Positions 44,889 to 51,720 of a stretch of DNA of 51,720 nucleotides are shown here, piece after piece. The stretch is taken from the NCBI GenBank assembly GCA_023231475.1, contig JALJEE010002927.1:1-51720 (forward strand), given 5' to 3'. A program made the translations under genes and the position numbers. The notes below the pieces were generated by a model that saw only the letters and a program-made list of their open reading frames with translations, searched no databases and had not been told where the DNA came from. Each line of letters opens with the position of its first letter. The first letter of the stretch is position 1. This DNA comes from Seison nebaliae. Taxonomy: Eukaryota.

Positions 44889-47800
44889 TCACTTCTTTTC
44901 GTCAGTTATGTGCAAATGGATTGAAGCGGTATCTGAATCTATCTGTTGAACTCTAGCCAGATGATGTTGGAGAATTGGAGCATGTTCGAATGTTGCTTGA
45001 TCTTCACTTGGTAACAATCTAGTTTCTCCGACAAATTGTTCGTGAACCAATCCGGAATTTTCTTTTAGGTCACTATTCTTTCTAAGATCTTCGAGAGAAT
45101 TATTATTTTTGCTGTCTGTCTGATGGACGATACGAGGATCAAGAAAACGGTCGATAGGAGAAACGAAAGAATAATGTTTATCGTCTTTGATGGAAAGTAC
45201 TTGTGTAACAGCGAGATCACCTAAAAGTGTTTGTGATTCGACGACGGTAGGAGCTGTCTCTACATTCTGTAGATCTTGTAATTCAATCAGTTTATCTTCA
45301 TCTGAAATCTCAGAAATTCTGGCTACATGTGAGAGTGCTTGTAAGTTCCTATAGTATTTTTCCATATTTCGTTTCCTCTTCTTCTTCTTCTTCTTTTTAC
45401 CATATTTCTTTCCAGATTTCTTTTGTTTCTTCAAATGTCCCTTCTTTGTAATTTTGAATGTGTTGCCGTTCGTCATTCGAATATTCATTGGAGCTTGTGA
45501 ACCGATCGTCACCATATATGGTGGATCGACCGAATTATCAGATTCTGGATCACATTGAACACTTTTATTAGAAGTCTGAGCGATTATTAAAGCACTTCTA
45601 TCTGTAAATGATGGTTTTCTTTTTGTTCGAGTCTTTTTACTTTTTACTTCGTCTTCTTGAAATTGTTCTGGAGTCTGAGATTTATGGAAAGTTTTCAATT
45701 CTTCTGATTTAGATCGATTGGTCGAATCTCTGTAATCAACAGGTACGATATTCTTCATATTCTCTTTGTCTCGTTGAGCACTTAATTTCCTTCTTCGGAT
45801 TTTTTCAGTTCTTTCTTGAGCTGATTGCTTCCTCATTTGAGAATGTTGTTGGAAGAGTCGCCGTTCTTCATTGTACAATTTACGTCTTTCAGCCACAACT
45901 CGTTCCTTCTTATTTCCATATATGAAAAGTTTCTTCTTCTCTAATTCCTCTCCCTCTAACTCTTCGTTTTTGTCAGTTGTGAAAGGAGATTTTCTATAAT
46001 TTAGCGCCTTCGGTTTCACTAATTTCTTCTGTGAAACGAAACGTTCTTTCTTTCTACTTTTTCGCGATTTTTTGCCGTTTCCTGTTATAATCGATTTGTT
46101 AGCAGATTTGGCTTCTTCATTCGTTTGAATCATCACGTCATTTTCAATGGCTTTATTCACTGGTGATCCATAATCCCCCACTTCATCATATGACGGTGGA
46201 TGTTGCATTCTCTCAGTTTCTTCCTCGTCATCCCGCTCATTATAATCATTATAATCCAAGAAATATGTCTGACCATAACGATAATTTCTTTGTGATTTGT
46301 TTGGCGTTTTTGAGCTGTGGAAAGACTTTCCATGACTTTGAGCGTCATATCGTTTTGGTTCGGATTGAGTTCCATATGATCTATTTCTATATGAACGTTT
46401 ATTTTCAAGTGTGCAACTTCTGGTTTTATCATATGATTTCTTGCATGATTCTTTCCTAGATGATCGTTTATTCTTCGATGATTCTCCATCAGAACTTGAT
46501 GGTTCCTTTTGTTCTGATACTGTTCTATAATAACGGTCATTTGTGAATGATTTTCCATTCTGCCTCGTCCTTTCTGATGGTTCTCGATGTTCTGAAAATG
46601 TTTTGTTAGAAGGTTCTTTTTTGAATGATTTCTCATTTTGTCGAGTCCTTTCCGACGGTTCTCTTTCTTCTGATGCTGTTCTACGAGAATATTCTTTTTT
46701 TAATGATTTCTCATTTGGTCGAGTCCTTTCTGATGGTTCTCTACGTTCGGAGAATGTTTTATTTGAATGTCCATTTTTGAATGATTTTTCATTTTGTCGA
46801 TTCCTCTCTAATCGTTCTCGATAATCTGAAGGTGTTTTGTGACAATGTTCGTTTTTGGATGATTTCTCTTTAGGTTGAGTTCTTTTCAAAGGTTCTCTAT
46901 GCGACTGTTCTTTATGATTTGATGATTTTCCATAAGATGATGGTGATATTGGTTTGTTACTTTGACGTCTTCCAACTCCATGACGATAGGGTTGTTTCTT
47001 CGGCCGTTTTCTATCTTTTGGATATCTTTTTCGAACAAGTTCTCCATTATCAGTTTTAGGGTAATTTCGTTCGTCAGGTGATAGATGTTTATGTCGTTTT
47101 CTTCTCTCAGCTGCTTGTAATGATCTCGTTCTTCGGATATGTTCCTTATATGATCTTTCCCGGTCTAATATTTTCGGACGGAATTCACTTTTTCCCAATC
47201 GTTTATTTTCATAAATCCTCCGACGAGATCTATCCCGATTGAATCGATCTCTTTGGAACGGTTGCTTTTTCGAATATTCATGTCTTGTCGGACTGTTGGG
47301 AGAAGTAGGAAAATTTGATAATTTTTTTTCATAGGCAACTTTTCGATTTGTTTTTGGCGGTGGGATGATTTCTTGATTTAATTTAAAACTGTTAGGTGAT
47401 TGTCTTTCACAAGAGGCTTTACAAGATCTTTGTCTACTATAGCGTACAAAATCGATACATAATGACGAGTCGTTATGAACTAATGAACCGACATCTCTTA
47501 TTATTGCCGAACGAATTATTCTGGAATCTTCTCGAGATCTACTTCTTTTTTTAGATCGAAATATATGATATTGTCTCGATTCAACATGTAATTCATGAAG
47601 ACTAATAGATTTTTTCTCATCTAAATTGGAACGATTCGAACTTTCCCTTATTAATTGAAGTGACTTCGTTCTTCCTGGCACATCTTCTGCTATGATAATT
47701 AATCTTTCCCTACTGGGATGTACCTCTCGTTCTGATAAAGCTAAAGTTCTCTTGTATTCACTTTTCTCACGTAGACTTCTCAACGAAGAGTCTAATGCAA

Positions 47801-50138
47801 CAGCCACATCTAAATCGGAATCCAAACCAGCTTCTATCGGTCCTTCAGTTGTTCCCGATTTAATTTCAGAAGTCGGATCTATATTAGATGATAAATTAGA
47901 CGTTATATCATCTAAGTTTATTGGAAAAATTCTCTTATAATCTTCATCATCTTCGGGTAGTTCAGGTATCCGAGCCGGCTTAAAATATTTTTCGTCAACC
48001 GACAAAGTTGTTCCGGTCGACAATTTTTTCTTTTTACTCTTCTTCAATTCTACCTCATCCAACGGGATGGTAGTAAACGTTTTTACCGATTTCTGATCAG
48101 TATTTATCATTTCTAAATTTACACTTTTTTTATTCTTCAGAATACTACGAAGTGATGGTCTTGGTGTTCTATAAATTTGTGGTTCCTTATTCTTAGAATC
48201 AGATATTCTATTAACATCAGAATCGGATTCAGATTCACCTCCTACCTCATAAATTTCACTACCATCAGGAACGGAAAATGTAGTTTCAGTATCGTCATCA
48301 ATTAACTTGTTATTTGGATTACTTCTTCCTTCAAGGAGAGTTGGTTGATCTCTCAAATGTTTAGGAATATTATATGAATCAGTTTCACTCATCTTTTCTA
48401 CTAATTCATCAAATGTCACGGTTGACAAAGTGTAACATTTGGAGGAATGGAAACTTGTAGGCATTTCATCAGCTAGACAATAACCTGCATTTTTTATGAA
48501 ATTTGGATGTACAACATCGAATGATTTCTCATTCCTCAATGCTAATAAGTAAATAGATAATAATTTTTTAGTATTTTCAATTCTTTCTTGTTTCTTCTTC
48601 TTCTCGAAAATACAGTTTTTACTTTTTTCCTTTTGGGCACATTTCATGGTAATTAATGCCGTACTCAATGACGTCAAATTGAGATGATATGGAAATTGAA
48701 CGGTTTTCGGACTTTGTTCATCCAGTCCTTGTAGATAATTTAATGTTCTCAACGATTCGTCATAATGAGATCGACAAGTGGAAATACATCCGATGATAAC
48801 GATTTGACCGATTGTTAATGGCTGATTATTATATGAGTTCTCCCGCGGCAGAATAACATTCGGTAATTCAACATTGCGGAATGATTTGATGATATCTCGC
48901 AAATTTTTCGTACCGAATAAAGCGTTCAAGAGAAATTGAGAGAATATGTTCTCCGATCCGAATCTCCCACATGAATTGAGGAATCTTTTAATTAGTTCAC
49001 ACTTCAACTTCTTCCGATCGACAATGCTCGTTGTCTTCCTCAATTTACTCGTCGTTCTCAGTGAACATTGTTGAATTGATTTGATAAATCGAGAAATAGT
49101 TAACAATTGAATGTTCGTATCATTATACGATTTCTTCCGATATTTATTCAATAACATATTTGTATCGTAAACCGATTCTTTTTCAAGTTTCACTTCATCC
49201 TCTATCATGTTATGATATGCCGGTTCCAAATCGATCAACAAGAAAGTTGGTAATCGATCGATTCGATTTATCGGTCGATATCCAAATGCTCTGATTGGTG
49301 GACGATCGATATCTGGTAAGAGAATGAATCGGAGTACAATATGTGAACCAGAATTCGTTTCTCGTGTAATACTTCGACATTCCATCCATTTTGAAATTAA
49401 TTCCACTTGATTTTCCAAACCGAGAAATGGCGTATCAGTTAATGGAATTTCCTTATCACCATTTATGTGATATAGATGTACAACAATATTCTTTATATTG
49501 ATATCATTTATCTGACATTGTCTCGTCATTTCGTTCAATATTAATTCGATCACTCCCGATTGAGATTTCATTCTCTCTCGATTCTCTTCTATCAAATTCA
49601 CTAAATTCTTCTCCAATGGTTTCAATCGCTCATTCTTCAACAATTTCTTCATATTCGCTTCTCCATTACACAAGTTTCCTCTTACCACTTCTGGTACATC
49701 AAAGGAAAACAAATAATTATCTTTACCACTATCACGCAATCCATAATAGAGAAGGGACCCGCTTTTGCCCTGAGAACAAGATGAGGGCCGGAATAAAAGA
49801 AAACTTAAATTTAACTTGACAAAAGAATGAATGTATCATAGGTGCAATGATTCGACGATAACAAGTGAAATTTGGCATCAAGTAATTAGGAAGAACTTCC
49901 TCGAACTTATAACGTCGACAATATTTCGGGTTATTAGTCATGTATGGCGGAATCAAGTCAACGCTACACGAACCACTTTCTATTAAGAATTCAGTTGAAT
50001 TTAATTTAATTTTCGAAATAGAGACGAACGAAAGATCAATGATGAATGGTTATTCCTTTTCTCATTTTCATTCGGACAGTCGCAATTGTCGTTGTCCAAC
50101 AGGAGGATGATTGGGATGCGTGTAGCCGTCAAACGCAT
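44889..50138 (-). CDS. Divergent kinesin-like protein, ~1,717 aa: degenerate N-terminal motor domain plus a long basic/charged tail; exons 50030-50138, 49816-49979, 44889-49769
   Basis: After splicing two GTT introns (50 and 46 nt), kinesin elements appear in the correct order: YKFEEVL, YRRIIAPMIHSFFCQGKSGSLLYYGLRDSGKD (P-loop), GVIELIL, NSGSHIV (switch I), LLIDLEP (switch II), NIQLLTISRFI, FSQFLLNALFG, IVIIGCIS..SHYDESLRTLNY. Confidence 0.75.
46501..46905 (-). repeat. Coding tandem repeat, 78 bp/26 aa, ~5.5 copies, in the kinesin-like tail
   Basis: Consensus xREPSERTRQNEKSFKKExSxKTFSE. The GGTTC anchor recurs at 46501, 46579, 46657, 46735, 46813 (CGTTC) and 46891. Confidence 0.9.
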
Positions 50139-51720
50139 TGGAGCATATGATAAAATGAAACCGGAAGAAATGAAAAAATAATTAAAAAATATAAAAATTA
50201 AAAATATATAACATTTAAACTCAATCGTTTAAATATATCGTGACTATTCCTTCCTATTTCTTTATTGTTTTCTTTATATGTTTTCAATTTCCACATTAAA
50301 CAATAGACGACTTGACCATTATTCAATTGTCTCTTCTACTTTCTTTTCTCCCTAAAAAATTTAAACTTTAAAAATTTATTTTTAACCTAAAACTTTTCTA
50401 AAAAAACTTCTTATTCTTAAATTCTTTCCTAATTCTTGTGAATTGAACAACTAAATGTTGATTAGGTTGATTCTGGGTGATTCATGTTGATAAAAATAAT
50501 CAAATTTTGACTTATGTGTATTTTGGTTGACAAAAGAAGGATCTAAAAATCCACAAAAATAATTTTTAACGATTATTTTAACCTAAATTATTGAATATTT
50601 TCGACAATTAAGTGTTCAGTTGATTTTCGTACAAAATCTGAAGTACCAGGTTTTCAAGTTTAATTTCTACATGTTGACTGTATCTGCACGTGTATTCCGG
50701 TTGTTCAAAATGACACGATCTGTTTGTTAATCAGTCTTAATACAAGGCCTAAATAACTTTCGAAATTCCACCGTATTTCGGCAGCTAATAATGTGATTTT
50801 TGAACACTAAATATTGTACTACTAATACGTACTATGAACATTAAGAATAACACTTATAAATTGCATCTTATTTAGCTTGTTTTCGGATGAAAGGGTATTA
50901 ATCAATTATTAGTATGTTGGAGGGTTAAATTTTTTTTAAATTTATATTTAAGAAAATAGTTATTATCATCTTAAGAAAGTTATATAAACAAACAGAAATT
51001 TCTTTCTGAAGAAAAATTAAATCAGAGTGATGAGCCTAGGTTGGAGAAACGGGTGATGTCTAATCTCTACGAAGTTATTTACTTTCCCCAATAACTGCAA
51101 GAGAATGATGACTGACTCTGCATACGGATGCGAATATAAACCTTGTGAGATAATAAGGATAAACGTTAACAAGTTTATTTGTGTCTAGAAAGAAAGTGTA
51201 TGACAAACAATCTATATGATTCAGTTTTCTCATTATATGGGGGCGAGATCGATCGAATAGTCAAGTAACAACATGTATTGTTTTTTAGTATTGCTGACTG
51301 AAGTATTGAGAAAATAGATTTCCAGAAAAATTTCAGTATTTTATTTAGTTTCTCATCCGTCATCATTCACCATATTTTATCGAAGTGGAAATGGATTATG
51401 ACCGGTGAACAGGTGATAAATTTAGACGGTAGAATAGTCAGAATGGATGAATTGTCCAATGAACACCAATGGTGTCTTCTGTCACTCAACCAAGAATGAT
51501 ACATCTATAATAGACAATTTTTTGATCTTTTAGGAACCGTCACATATACCAGTCATATTTTTCTTCATAAGATTCAATTAATTCAATCTAAATCTGTTTA
51601 ACAGAAATTCTCGTTTTCTTTTATCGTCAAAACATCAAAAACCGCGAAGAAATCATAATTGTGATTGGGTCGTCGTCTACATCAGAGTAGCGACATTCAT
51701 CTTTCCATCAAAGTAATGAA

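Noticed and set aside
46501..46905. Regularly spaced repeats as a possible CRISPR array
   Set aside because: Eukaryotic context. These are in-frame 78-bp coding repeats with no unique spacers and no cas genes.
51027..51116. GTGATGA ... CTGA, box C/D snoRNA-like
   Set aside because: No terminal stem or identifiable rRNA guide, and the motifs are short enough to arise by chance.

Overview
AT-rich genomic DNA from a eukaryote, most likely a ciliated animal with a compact genome. It is not prokaryotic, and the ORF track is broken up by many 41-60 nt introns. Manual splicing recovers, in order: the 3' end of a CCHC zinc-knuckle gene, a sigma-class GST, SmF (SNRPF), HID1, a 12-exon type II membrane mucin-like orphan, a tau-tubulin kinase (TTBK) whose low-complexity tail probably continues through several downstream ORFs to about 2,300-2,600 aa, a ~15 kb gene-poor region with RFX X-box motifs, a small myristoylation/polybasic ORF, IFT172, GINS2/PSF2, a secreted single-sushi protein, and a 1,717-aa protein with a highly degenerate kinesin motor domain. 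The strongest signal is in splicing. All 39 short introns I could place begin with GTT, and 24 of them are anchored by protein homology. They lack the usual GTRAG consensus, which points to a derived mechanism of 5' splice-site recognition. Gene identities come from my recall of family motifs, not from database searches.
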